Assembly: GCF_963921235.1 (NCBI RefSeq)
Contig: NC_086097.1
Location: 165,542,001 to 165,606,000, forward strand
Source of the DNA: Mobula hypostoma
Lineage: Eukaryota
Direction of reading: 5' to 3'
Length of the DNA: 64,000 nt
Made by a program: the position numbers and the translations under genes
Notes under the pieces: generated by a model
What the model was told of the DNA's origin: nothing
The model's input: the letters and a program-made list of their open reading frames with translations, nothing else
The model's database searches: none
Shown: positions 25,959 to 38,559 of the stretch, piece by piece
How the letters are laid out: every line of letters starts with the position of its first letter
How positions within the stretch are numbered: position 1 is the stretch's first letter

Positions 25959-26788
25959 CTGCAAGTTGAAATATAATTATACAGAAAGAAGTCATTCCCA
26001 AATATTTAATGTAAAAGTAGCTCAATTCCAAAAGAAATGGCATTAAGTTATTTTATTACAACATTTATCTTTTGTACTGCACAGCAAATTAGTTAATTAA
26101 CCACACTGGAATCAGCGAACAGTTAGGAACTTGTTTCCTGTTTATGGGATGTCAATGTCATTGATGCTGATGCTATTTGCTGCCCATTCCCAAATTGCCT
26201 CAGTTTAGGGATCATAAGTTTTCATTAACCGCATGGGAGTATCACTTAAGAATAGTCCAATGCCAGAAAAATCCTTCAGCCCACTGCTGCTGAACCCTAT
26301 ACTGAATTCTAATTTTCTCCTGCTGTTACATGACCCATATCCCTCCATTCTCCATATATTCTTGCATCACCGCTACTGTGAAACACCGTCATCATATCTG
26401 CTAACACCATTGTCCTCAGCAGCCTGTTCCAGGCATGCATCATACTGAGCAAAAGAAAATTAACCCAATTTCCTTTAATCCTTTCCACTATCATTTTGAA
26501 TGCATATCTCTAGCATGACATTTCTATAGTAACTACAGGATTTTAAAAATACTTTTATATGATTCAGCACACATCTATAACTAACTTCCCACGTTAATTG
26601 GATAGCAAATAGTTTAGATCTAAAAATGGGCAATAACGTTTAAGATGTACACATATCAAATGCACAAAATCTTAATTATATCTAATAATTATGCTCAAAA
26701 GTGCACTTCATTGCATGCAAACTTCTCTCATAGATGAGAGAAATACAATGTCGAGAGGTTCAGTTAATAATAAATGAGAATTTTTTAC

Positions 26789-26923
26789 CTGGCAGACAAA
26801 AACAAAGGCTTGACGACCTGACCACTTCACACTATGGCAAAACTTATCAACAAGCTCATTGATCAAGTCCACTGCCAATGCAGGAGTTGAAGATGCATAA
26901 AATTTTCTAATCATCTCACTCAC
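26789..26923 (-). CDS. PPP4R1: PPP4R1 exon
   Basis: VSEMIRKFYASSTPALAVDLINELVDKFCHSVKWSGRQAFVFVCQ; tttacag acceptor, CAG|gtaaaa donor; 135 nt. Confidence 0.95.
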
Positions 26924-28129
26924 CTGTAAAGAGAGACTTAATCAATAACTTGTGTCAGCTTTCATGCAAAAAAAATCTCAACTCCAAAGCTTTTCAAGGC
27001 TGCAAATTTACAAGAATGACTGGCTAGAAATCAGCAGCATCAAACCCAAGATACTTCATACATTTACTACAGAATTTAGTTATTTTCCTTCCACATCGAC
27101 AGAAATATGTCAAAGAGCATTAAGTGTAATTTAATGCATGTGAGGAATGATCAGCTATGATGTTAAAATTTGTAACTGTGCCTTTGTGTGGAAACAAAAA
27201 CAGACCATTCTTTAGAATACATATTCATCAAATAAAATGAAAATTAGTTATTACTACTGTATCTCCTACTCTTTTTTTTGGCTCAAGTTGATATCAGTTT
27301 GCAAGCCTCTGTCAAGGATTAAATCATTAGTTGAAGAACTGAGCACAATTTCACATTTCAATATAGCACCAAGAGACTCAGCATTACTGGACTGGCTACA
27401 ATGCTAAACATTAAGATCTTGTCTTTCTATCATTCAAAACTGAACCACTTTTTTTTGGTACCCTGATTATTTTTTAAAAACTCAGTTGAACCACAATAAT
27501 TAATCGCAGGTAAATAACTGAAACCTTTGTTATAAAGGTGATTAACCTTGAAAGTTATTTGTAGAGAGTGATGCACTCTGGAGTATATCAGCATTATGAC
27601 AAGGTAAGATATAATCAGAAGTCATATCACTTTCTTAAAGTGTAGATCCATGGGTGCAAGGTCTTCCACAACATTCAAAATGATAATATCCAAAGAAAAG
27701 AAAAACAAAATATTTAAATTTTCAGGCCAGATGGCCTCTGTGGATGAAGAAACAGTATCTTTCATAGAATCCTGATAAAGAAGCTAAATCATTCTGAATT
27801 ATCGGCCCAAAATAATTCTCTCCTATACCTGCTTAGGGTTTTTAGCATTTTCTGTCTTTAGTTTACAATTTCTGCACCCACCTGCCTTTGATCTGAAACA
27901 ACAACTCTTTACACTGAAAAACACAATGCAGCATTTGCAGTGATGTTTTCATTGCAGATTTAAGGCATCCACATCTTGTCAGAGTCAGAAAAATAAATGT
28001 CCCAATTTAACTGTGGGAACTTGCATGCTGGATCAAAATCAGTCTTTGTTTAATGCTTGAATATAAACTCTGTTCAATGTGAAATATTCCTCAGGGAGTA
28101 GATATCAGAGTTCTTTGAAGATAGAAATA

Positions 28130-28742
28130 CGAGGGGTGATTGATAAGTTTGTGGCCTAAGGTAGGAGTCAATTTTAGAAAACCTAGCACATTTATTTTTC
28201 CTACATTTACACACTTAGTCCAGTAGTTGTGGAGCATACGGATCCCTTCTTTGTAGAAGTCGGCGTCTTGGACCTCCAGAACTGGTCCACAACAGGGGTG
28301 ATTGATAAGTATGTGGCCTACGGTAGAAGATGAGTTATTAACTTCAAACTTTCTGCATTTTCACTCAGAGTTGAACTGCACGTGCATGTAACGAGAGCTG
28401 TATAATTCATCTCCTTCTACCTTAGGCCACAAACTTATCAATCATCCCTGCTGTGGACCACCTGGAGGTCCAAGACGTTCTCTTTACATGCACATGCAGT
28501 TCAGCTCTTTGAGTGATAATGCAGAAAGTTTGAAGTTAATTACTCATCTCCTTCTACCCTAGGCCACAAACTTATCAATCACCAGTTGTGGACCACTTCT
28601 ACAAAGAAGGGATCCGTATGCTCCATGACCGCTGGACTATGTGTGTTCATGTAGGAGGGGACTATGTTGAAAAATAAATGTGCTAGGTTTTCTAAAATTG
28701 ACTCCTTCTACCTTAGGCCACGAACTTATCAATCACCCCTCA
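28130..28742. mobile_element. Mariner-type palindromic MITE
   Basis: TA at both flanks. TIR cgaggggtgattgataagtttgtggcctaaggtag with long inverted arms; five copies of the ~30-bp terminal motif. Confidence 0.85.
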
Positions 28743-28791
28743 TATACTTGCATTCTGCATTGCCAGGGAGACCTCAAGTTGCTAAACTTAC

Positions 28792-28912
28792 CAGTCGGTA
28801 GGCAATCCATCTGACTGAAGATACCTTATCTGCACAGAGGCTGAGAGATAAGGGCCGTAGATAGTCATATACATCTTTGGGGTTGTACAGTTCTAGGAGC
28901 AAAATAAGTTGC
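28792..28912 (-). CDS. PPP4R1: PPP4R1 exon (not in ORF track)
   Basis: Manual translation (E)QLILLLELYNPKDVYDYLRPLSLSLCADKVSSVRWIAYRL; ttttag acceptor, CTG|gtaagt donor; 121 nt, phase 2 to 0. Confidence 0.95.
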
Positions 28913-30001
28913 CTAAAATAAAGTTGAGAAATAGTCAAATACTATGCTTGTAGTGAGGAAACTAAGCACTCAAATGCAAATACCATGCAAATCAAGTTTT
29001 GGGAGCAAGGGAGGATAAAAGAGGAACGAAAAAAACATTAGCAGTAAGTATGAATAAGGTGACAGCATAAGGAGAAAAACAATAAAAGATATAGCAACAG
29101 CTGATAGCAAAAGAGCTGAAGAAAACATCAGACAATTGTCTTGGGCTGCATTCCTTCAATGGTGAACCATTTTAACTCTGCAATGATTCTCACAATGGCC
29201 AGAAGGTTATGCAAAATTTAACTGGAACTCTGCCATAAGGAGTGTCTTACCTGTAACAGATGCTCCTGTCACGAGGGTAAACACATAGATAAGATTTTCA
29301 GTAGCTTGAATTTTTATTTTATAGAATTAATTTTTAAAATAATTAATTCCAGTGTTATACATTTTGCCATTAAAAAGAGAAGCTGACAAAGGGTTTCAAG
29401 ACTTTCAGGCTGCTCAGGCACTAACCCAACTCTGAATTAAAGACTCTGCTTCAATTGTTCTAACTTTAGAAACCAAGTACTATCCACTCTATATCCCAAG
29501 GGAGCAGTTTAAAAATAACACCTTCAGAAAGAAAACTTAAAATGCTGTATATGCTCAGTATGCCAAGAGCAAATTAATAATGAAGGAATGAATCATGAGG
29601 TATGTTACAGGCAACAATGTGTACTCAGGTTCTTCTCCATCCACAGGGAAGCTTGCACACACTAACAGACACTCAAAATATACAAAATAAATATTCTCAG
29701 TTCATTCCACTGTCCTTGAAGCCTGTTATAATTCTCCAAGCTCTACACCTGCATCATTATTTTATGTTGTCAGCTGTGATTGCATTGCAAACTCAGAAGG
29801 TTTGCCCCAACAATCTTTGACACCAACTTTAATTCACCAACTAAAGATCCACTTTTAGTGAATCTACTATATTCCCTTCAAAATCCGTAACATTCAAACA
29901 GGATTGCTTTTAAAAATAAAACTACTGTTATGGAATAAGGAGGTTTATAGAGGCTTGAGAAAGGAGCTTGCTGTCACAAAAAAACTGTGGGTCACTTGTT
30001 T

Positions 30002-30165
30002 AAGAAAAATAACAGGATGGCTTGAGTCGCAAAACTAGATTGAGGTGCTTTTATCTACCTCAAAACAAGACAAGAACAATATATATATTGTTTTTGTCTT
30101 GTTTTGAGGTAGATAAAAGCACCTCAATCTAGTTTTGCGACTCAAGCCATCCTGTTATTTTTCTT
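30002..30165. repeat. 164-bp spacerless palindrome
   Basis: 82-bp arms with one mismatch, centred on (AT)n at 30083/30084. Confidence 0.93.
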
Positions 30166-30479
30166 TATATATATAGCTACCTTCAGACTAAACACAAAAG
30201 AAAACTAACCCCAAAGCCTTGGTAACCTGAGGCTTATAACTGCTAAGCCCCGCCCCTTAGACCAACCAAAAGCTAATTAACTCAATTATCCAATTAAAGA
30301 TGGTATCCTCCACCATCAGCACACCTGTGCAGGTTGCTGCTGCCTCGATATGAGACAGCTCCATGCAGCAGCTCCGGTTCAGACCCAGTCACTATTACCG
30401 CTGGGGATGAGTGTTTTACCGAGTGCGCCATGTGCCGTCCGTAGTCAGTGACGAGCCTTCGTCACACTTGCCCAGGTGG

Positions 30480-32480
30480 ATTGGAGAAGGATACTGGAGG
30501 GGATGACGGCAGAGCAGAAATGGCTGAAGTTTCTGGGAATAGTTCATAAGGCACAGGATAGAAATTCCCCACAGAAGTAGAAATTGTCAAATGGCAGGGA
30601 TAGGCAACTGTGGCTGACAAGGGAAGTTAAGGACTGCATAAAAGTAAAGGAAAGGGCATATAAGGTAGCAAAAGTGAGTGGCAAGTTGGATGATTGGGAA
30701 GTTTTTAAAATCCAGCAAAATGCAACTAAAAAAGTTACGAGGGAAAAGGTGAAATATGAGGGCAAACTAACAATATAAAACAAGATACTAAAAGTTTTTT
30801 TGGTTGTATAGAGAGTAAAAGGGAGGTGAGAGTTGATATTGGATCACTGGAAGAAAATGATGCTGGTGACGTAGTAATGGAGGACAAAGAAATGGCAGAT
30901 GAACTTAATGGGTACTTTGCATCTGTCTTCACTGTGGAAGACACTAGCAGTGCACCAGTGGTCCGTGAGTGTTAGGGAGCAGGTGTGAATGCCATCTGCT
31001 ATTACAAAGGAAAAGGTGCTACGCAAACTGAAAGGTCTTAAATTGGATAAGTCACTTGGACCAGCTGGACTGCATCTCAAAGTCCTGAAAGAGGTTGCTG
31101 AAGAGATAATGGATGCATTGCTCATGATCTTTCAAGAATCACTTGATTCTGGTATTGTCCCAGAGGACTGAAAAATTGCAAGTGTCACTCCACACTTTAG
31201 GGAGGAAGTCACAAGAACGGAAATTATAGGCCAGTTAGCCTAACCTCAGTGGTTGGAAAAGTGTTGGAGTCTAACATTAAGGATGAGGTTTCGAAGTACT
31301 TGGAGACTAATGATAAAATAAGTCAAAGTCAGCATGGTTCCTGTAAAGGGAAATCTTGCCATACAAATCCGTTAAGAATTCTTTGAGGAAGTAACCAGCA
31401 GGGTGGACGAAGGAGAAGCAGTGGATGTCATTTATTTGGATTTTCAAAATGCATTTGATAAGGTATTGTACATGAGGCTGCTGAACAAGATAAAATCCTA
31501 TGGAGTTACAGGAAAAATACTGGCATGGATAGAGGAATGGCAGTGAGTGGGAATAAAGGGGGCCTTTTCCCGGTTGCCTGCCAGTGACTTGTGGTGATCC
31601 TCAGGGGTCAGTACTTTTCACATTGTTTTTCAATGATTTAGATAGTGGAATTGATCACTTTATGGCAAAGTTTCTGGATGATATGAAGATAAGTGGAGGG
31701 GTAGGTAGCGCTGAGGAAACAATGTGATTGCAGCAGGACAGACAAATTGGAAGAATGGGCAAACAAGTGGCAGATGGAATACAGAGTTGGGAAACGTATG
31801 ATAATACATTTTGCTAAAAGGAACAATAGTGCAGACTATTATCTAAATGGAGAGAAAATTCAGTCTGAGGTTCAGGGGGACTTAGGAGCCCACGTGCAAG
31901 ACTCCCAGAAGGTTAGCTCACAGGTTGAGTCTGTGGTAAAGGCGGCAAATGCAATGTTGGCATTTATTTCAAAGGAAAAGAATATAAAAGCAAGGAGATA
32001 ATGCTAAGGCTTTATAAGACACTAGTCAGACCACACTTGGAGTACTGTTAACAGTTTTGGGCCCCATATCTCAGAAAGGGTGTGTTTTCACTGGAGACAG
32101 TCCAGAGGAGGTTCACTAGGACGATTCCAGGAATGAAGGGGTTAACAAACAAGAAGCATTTGGCATAATTGGGTCTGTACTTACTGGAATTTACAAGAAT
32201 GTGGGGGGGGGGCGGGGGGAATCTCACTGAAATCTACCAAATGTTGAAAGGACTAGATAGGATGGATGTGGAGAGGATGTTTCCTCTGGTGGGAGTATCC
32301 AGAACTAGAGGGGACAGCCTCAAATTTGAGGGGCGAACTTTCAGAACAGAGATAAGGAGGATTTTTTTTTTTGCCAGAGGCTAGTGAGTCTATGGAATGC
32401 TCTGCCAAAGACTGCGGTGGAGACCAAGTGCGTGGGTATATTTAAAGTGGAAGTTGATTGTTTCCTGATTGCTCAGGGCA
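30480..32480 (+). mobile_element. Old CR1 LINE ORF2
   Basis: WLTREVKDCIK, KGLKLDKSLGPAGLHLKVLKE, EEWANKWQMEY, GVSRTRGDSLK; many stops. Confidence 0.88.
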
Positions 32481-33704
32481 AAGGATATGGTGTAACCAAC
32501 AATTAGTGCTAGAATATTATGATTATATCCAGCACGAATGTTTAATGCCACTTGACATCAAATTACATTATATCACCAACATCCTGAGGATGGCCAAGGT
32601 CAAAAACCAAACTTATCAGCCACACACACACGTAGCCTGGCATTAGAACAGGTCAGAAAGTGAATGGTGATAATGAATGGTTTGTCACCTAAACAGCAGG
32701 CAATCTGCAGTACTAGAATAGTCTCTACTCACTTGGAGTAGGAGTGCAGCTCCAACACAAACATACAGCACTATTCATAATTAAGTCAAAGTAGTTTATT
32801 GGCCACCACTGTAAACTACTAATTCCTCCATCACCAGCTTGCCTTGCCCACAATGTATACCAAATATATGACACAAGTGATTATCAAAATCTAACTTAAA
32901 AAGAAAGCTCACACAATTTAATTACATTAACCAATTTACTTAGATTTTGTTTGCTACTGTCACATCTTCAAGATGTTACACCATCACAACTATTCAAAGA
33001 CAATTATTCACAACAGTGGCAGCTGCTTCCATTTCTCTTTAATTAATTTTGTTCAGAAGAATGGGGGGAGGGTAATCTTATTGAAACGCACTGGATATTG
33101 AAAGGCTTAGATAGAATGGACATGGAGGGGATATTTTCAATTGTGCAAGAGTCTAGGACCACAGGGCATAGCCTTGCAATAGAAGGGCATCCCTTTAGAA
33201 CAGGTGAGGAATTTCTTTAGCCAGAGAGTAATGCATCTGTGGAGTTTCATTGCTACAGAAAGCTGTGCAGGCCAAGTCACTGGGTACATTTAAACTGGAG
33301 GGTGATAGGATCTCGATTAGTAAGGTTGACAAAAGTTTACAGCGAGAAGGCAGGAGAATGGGGGTTGAGGGGGAAAACAACTCTGCCTTGATCAAATGGC
33401 AGAGCAAACTCAATGGGCCGGATGGCCTTTCTGCTCCTATATATTATGGTCAATGCAGCAACTAGTACAGGTTTTACAATAGTACCTCACAAATTTATCA
33501 AGAAAGACAGGGACATGGGAAGATCAGCTGCAATCTCCCAGCTAGATCGCACCTGTTCACAATTGGAAATACATTTGCCCTTCATCACTGCCCATTTGAA
33601 TTCTGAAAGTCTCTCCTGAACAACAATGCAGACACACTTTCAGTGCACAATGATTCAGAACTTGTGATTTTTCTCAAGACCAGAGGAGGAGAACAAATGG
33701 ATAC

Positions 33705-33972
33705 CATGGTGGCATAACGGTTAGCACAATGCTCTTACAGCTCAGGGTGTTGGGAGTTCAGTTCCAGCGCCATCTGTAAGGGGTCTGTATGTTCTCCTTG
33801 TGAACGCGTCGGATTCCTCTGTGTATTCTGATTTCCATTTACAGTCTAAAGCAGCACTGGTTAGTATGTTAATTGGTCATTGTAAATTGCCCTGTAGCTA
33901 GGCTAGGATTGAATAGGTGGGTTACAGCATGGCCTGTTGGACTGGAAGGGCCTGTTCTGTGCTGCACCTCCA
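33705..33972 (+). mobile_element. tRNA-derived V-SINE (HE1-like) with CR1-type tail
   Basis: A-box-like tggcataacggttagc, B-box-like gagttcagttcc, V-domain ttaattggtcattgtaaattgccc, tail gaagggcctgttctgtgctg shared with CR1 3' ends. Confidence 0.72.
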
Positions 33973-33987
33973 AAAAAAAAGGGAAAG

Positions 33988-34212
33988 GTACGTCACATCC
34001 AGAGTTTCTCCGGTTAGTGGACGATTTCCCTCCACGCCTCTCTGACGTAGAGCAGTGGTTTGCATTGCCTTCTGCCAGGTGAGTTTCCAAAGAGATCACC
34101 AGCTCATAACCCAGCATCGATGGAAAGCGTGCAGGGGAGCCAGCTGGCTGGATTCGAACCCGGGACCTTTCATACTGAAGTCTGATGCTGATGCCACTAT
34201 ACGACCAGCTGG
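33988..34212 (-). mobile_element. tRNA-derived SINE with RTE-type motif
   Basis: Minus strand has a perfect B box GGTTCGAATCC (34150-34160), an A-box-like tggtcgtatagtgg and a downstream ggcagaaggcaatgcaaaccact motif. Confidence 0.65.
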
Positions 34213-34396
34213 GTCCAAATAATAAAAAAATTATACAGTGCTGGGTTTGTCAATAATGCTCATAGCCAATGAAGAAAATAAGCCTTCTAGATTTGAACCC
34301 AGACACAATAGTGTAATGTTATGAATTCTAGAAGTTATGCCATGCAGAAGCAATTGAATGGAAATAAATGTATTGGAATAGGGACTGGGATAGTTA

Positions 34397-35985
34397 CAGT
34401 GGCATGCAAAAGTTTGGGCACCCCTAGTCAAAATTTCTGTTACTATGAATAGCTAAGCAAGTAAAAGATGAACTGATTTCCAAAAGACAAAGTTAAAGAT
34501 GACACATTTCTTTAATATTTTAAGAAAACTTTATTTCCATCTTTTACAGTTTCAAAATAACAAAAAAGGAAAAGGGCCTGAAGCAAAAGTTTGGGCACCC
34601 TGCATGGCAGTACCTAAGTAACAACAAGTATCACAGCTTCTAAACGCCTTTCTGTAGCCAGCTAAGAGTCTTTCAATTCTTGTTTGGGGGAGTTTTGCCC
34701 ATTCTTCCTTACAAAAGGCTTCCAGTTCTGTGAGATTCTTGGGCCGTCTTGCACGCACTGCTCTTTTGAGGTCAATCCACAGATTTTCGATGATGTTTAG
34801 GTCAGGAGACTATGAGGGCCATGGCAAAACCTTCAGTCTGCACCTCGAGGTAGTCCATTGTGGATTTTGAGGTGTATTTAGGATCATTATCCTATTGTAG
34901 AAGCAATCCTCTTTTCATCGTCAGCTTTTTAACAGATGGTGTGATGTTTGCTTCCAGATTTTGCTGGTATTTAATTGAATTCATTCTTCCTGCTACCAGT
35001 AAATGTTCCCCATGCCACTGGCTGCAACACAAGCCCAAAGCATGATTGATCCACCCCTGTGCTTAACAGTTGGAGAGGGGTTCTTTTCATGAAATTCTTC
35101 ATCCTTTTTTCTCCAAACACTGCAGCCAAAAAGTTCTATTTTAACTTCATCAGTCCACGGGACTTGTTTCCAAAATGCGTCAGGCTTGTTTAGATGTTCC
35201 TTTGAACCTTTTGAATAGAACTTTTTGGCCGCAATGAGCAAAGGTATGTTTGGAGTAAAAAGGGTGCAGAATTTCATGAAAAGAACCCCTCTCCAACTGT
35301 TAAGCACACAGGGGTGGATTGATCATGCTTTGGGCTTGTGTTGCAGTCAGTGGCATGGGGAACATTTCACTGGTAGAGGGAAGAATGAATTCAATTAAAT
35401 ACCAGCAAATTCTGGAAGCAAACATCACACCATCTGTAAAAAAGCTGACGATGAAAAGAGGATGGCTTCTACAACAGGATAATGATCCTAAACACACCTC
35501 AAAATTCACAATGAACTACCTGAAGAGACGCAAGCTGCAGGTTTTGCTATGGCCCTCAGTCCCCTGACCCAAACATCATCCAAAATCTGTGGGTAGACCT
35601 CAAAAGAGCAGTGCATGCAAGACGGTCAAGAATCTCACAGAACTGGAAGCCTTTTGCAAGGAAGAATGGGCAAAAACCCCCAAACAAGAATTGAAAGACT
35701 CTTAGCTGGCTACAGAAAGCGTTGACAAGCTGTGATACTTGCCAAAGGGGGTGTTACTAAGTACTGACCATGCAGGGTGCCCAAACTTTTGCTTCGGGCC
35801 CTTTTCCTTTTTTGTTATTTTGAAACTCTAAAAGATGGAAATAAAAGTTTTCTTGCTTAAAATATTAAAGAAATGTGTCATCTTTAACTTTATGCCTTTT
35901 GGAAATCAGTTCATCTTTTACTCGCTTAGCTATTCACAGTAACAGAAATTTTGACCAGGGGTGTCCAAACTTTTGCATGCCACTG
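34397..35985. mobile_element. Tc1 (IR/DR-type) derivative built from two inverted 3' halves
   Basis: TIR cagtggcatgcaaaagtttgg with internal DR. Transposase motifs VKHRGGSIMLWAC, WTDEVKIELF, LQQDNDPKHTS and RIERLLAGY occur, with the same segment on both strands. TA on the left, TG on the right. Confidence 0.92.
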
Positions 35986-36191
35986 TGCACACTAAACAAT
36001 AAAAATGATAAGGAAGGTAGAAAACACTGCACTTAAAAAAAAAGCAAAATCCTGCCAGACACAAATCGTCTTCAAAATGCTGCAGATCTGAATAATTTGC
36101 GGCTAACATTTTGCAAATTATGGGGTGGGGTGGGTGGGTGGCGGAGTATCAAAGCCTTTGAAGTAATGCAGTGAAGATCCAGTAGAATTAT

Positions 36192-36515
36192 ATGTACACT
36201 CAGTGGCCACTGCTGCTGGAGCCCAATCACTACAAGGTTTGACATGTAGAACATTCAGAGATGCTCTTCTGCACATCACTCTTGTAACGTGTGGTTATTT
36301 GAGTTACTGTTGCCTGACAGTTTGAACCATTCTCCTCTAGCCTCTCCCACTAACAAGGCATCTTTGCCCAAGAACTGCTGCTCACTGGGTGTTTTCTCTT
36401 CTTTTTTTGGCAACATTCTCTGATAGTTCTTGAGACTGTTGTCTGTTCTCTAGAACTATTTCTGAGAAACTCAAACCATCCTGTCTGGCACCAACAATCA
36501 TTCCACAAAGTCATT
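36192..36515. mobile_element. Tc1-like non-autonomous element interrupted by CR1 (resumes at about 38166-38225)
   Basis: Begins tacactcagtggccact; recognised by eye only. Confidence 0.45.
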
Positions 36516-38166
36516 TAGATGAATTTGAAGGAAATTTATATTAGGCAGGAATTGGTGTTGGATAGGCTGTTGGGTCTGAAGGCTGATAAGTCCCCGGGAC
36601 CTGATGGTCTGCATCCCAGGGTACTTAAGGAGGTGGCTTTAGAAATCGTGGATGCATTGGCAATCATTTTCCAATGTTCTATAGATTCAGGATCAGTTCC
36701 TGTGGATTGGAGGGTGGCTAATGTTGTCCCTCTCTTCAAGAAGGGAGGAAGAGAGAAAACAGGGAATTATAGACCAGTTAGCCTGACGTCGGTAGTGGGA
36801 AAGATGCTGGAGCCAATTATAAAAGATGAAATTATGACACAGCTGGATAGTAGTAACAGGATTGGTCCGAGTCAGCATGGATTTACGAAGGGGAAATCGT
36901 GCTTGACTAATCTTCTGGAATTTTTTGAGGATGTAACTATGAAAATGGACAAGGGAGAGCCAGTGGATGTGGTGTACCTGGATTTTCAGAAAGCCTTTGA
37001 TAAAGTCCCACATAGGAGATTAGTGGGCAAAATTAGGGCACATGGTATTGGGGGCAGAGTACTGACATGGATTGAAAATTGGCTGGCTGACAGAAAACAA
37101 AGAGTAGCGATTAACGGGTCCCTTTCGGAATGGCAGGGGGTGACTAGTGGGGTACCGCAGGGTTCAGTGCTGGGACCGCAGTTGTTTACAATATATATTA
37201 ATGATTTAGATGAGGGAATTAAAAGTAACATTAGCAAATTTGCCGATGACACAAAGCTGGGTGGCAGTGTGAAATATGAGGAGGATGTTATGAGAATGCA
37301 GGGTGACTTGGACAGGCTGGGTGAGTGGGCAGATGCATGGCAGATGCAGTTTAATGTGGATAAATGTGAGGTTATCCACTATGGCGGTAAGAACGGGAAG
37401 GTAGATTATTATCTAAATGGAGTCAAGTTAGGAAAAGGAGAAGTACAATGAGATCTAGGTGTTCTTGTACATCAGTCACTGAAAGCAAGCATGCAAGTAC
37501 AGCAGGCAGTGAAGAAAGCTAATGGCATGCTAGCCTTCATAACAAGGGAAATTGAGTATAAGAGCAAAGAGGTCCTACTTCAGCTGTACAGGGCCCTGGT
37601 GAGACCACACCTGGAGTACCGTGTAGTTTTGGTCTCCAAATTTGAGGAAGGACATTCTTGCTATTGAGGGAGTGCAGCGTAGGTTCACAAGGTTAATTCC
37701 TGGGATGGCGGGACTGTTATATGTCGAAAGATAGGAGCATCTGGGCTTGTATACTCCGGAATTTAGAAGGCTGAGAGGGGATCTTATTGAAACATATAAG
37801 ATTATTAAGGGATTGGACACACTGGAGGCAGGAAGCATGTTCCCACTGATGGGTGAGTCCAGAACCAGAGGCCACAGTTTAAGAATTAGGGGTAGGCCAT
37901 TTAGAACGGAGTTGAGGGAAATCTTTTTCACCCAGAGAGTGGTGGATATGTGGAATCTCTGCCCCAGAAGGCAGTGGAGGCCAAGTCTCTGGATGCTTTC
38001 AAGAAAGAGATGGATAGAGCCCTTAAAGATAGTGGAATCAAAGGTTATAGGGATAAGGCAGGAACTGGATACCGATCGTGGATGATCAGCCATGATCATA
38101 GTGAATGGCGGTGCTGGCTCAAAGGGCCGAATGGCCTACTCCTGCACCTATCGTCTATTGTCTATA
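36516..38166 (+). mobile_element. Young 5'-truncated CR1 LINE (310-aa open RT segment)
   Basis: [58 protein letters not shown]; tail ctattgtctata. Confidence 0.95.
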
Positions 38167-38559
38167 AAATTTCTTTCCCATTCTGACGCTTAGAACAAAT
38201 TAACCTCTTGACCATGTCTGCATGAAAAGTTACAACTGCAATAAGATAAAATTATTTGCCCTATTCCCACTTAAACAGAATGAACCAAGATCAAGCAAGT
38301 AAAGATTCAACAAATTATTAAAGGTTTGGAGATACTGGAGAAAAATTATCACCTGATTAATCCAAAGACAATGGTGCCACAAGTCAAGAACTTTTAGTAG
38401 AAGGATGAAGGAGAAACCAGAATTTGTTTCACAGTGGGTAGTCAAAGATTGAATAGTTAAGCACAGATAGACTAGAAGGGAACTGAAAATAAAGGCAAAG
38501 AGATACAGTAAAGGTAAATGGATAGATTAAAGGGAATGAGTCACTGAATAAACACCATC

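Noticed and set aside
27715..27985. Additional Penelope-like/hammerhead copies (also about 41515-41580)
   Set aside because: Too degraded to support; no recognisable catalytic core.
28130..28742. Repeated ~30-bp motif resembling a CRISPR array
   Set aside because: Copies occur in both orientations with irregular, mutually homologous spacers, inside a TA-flanked MITE in vertebrate DNA, with no cas genes.
34140..34212. Possible tRNA gene (perfect T-loop GGTTCGAATCC)
   Set aside because: No convincing cloverleaf or acceptor stem, and it continues into SINE body sequence; treated as a SINE head.
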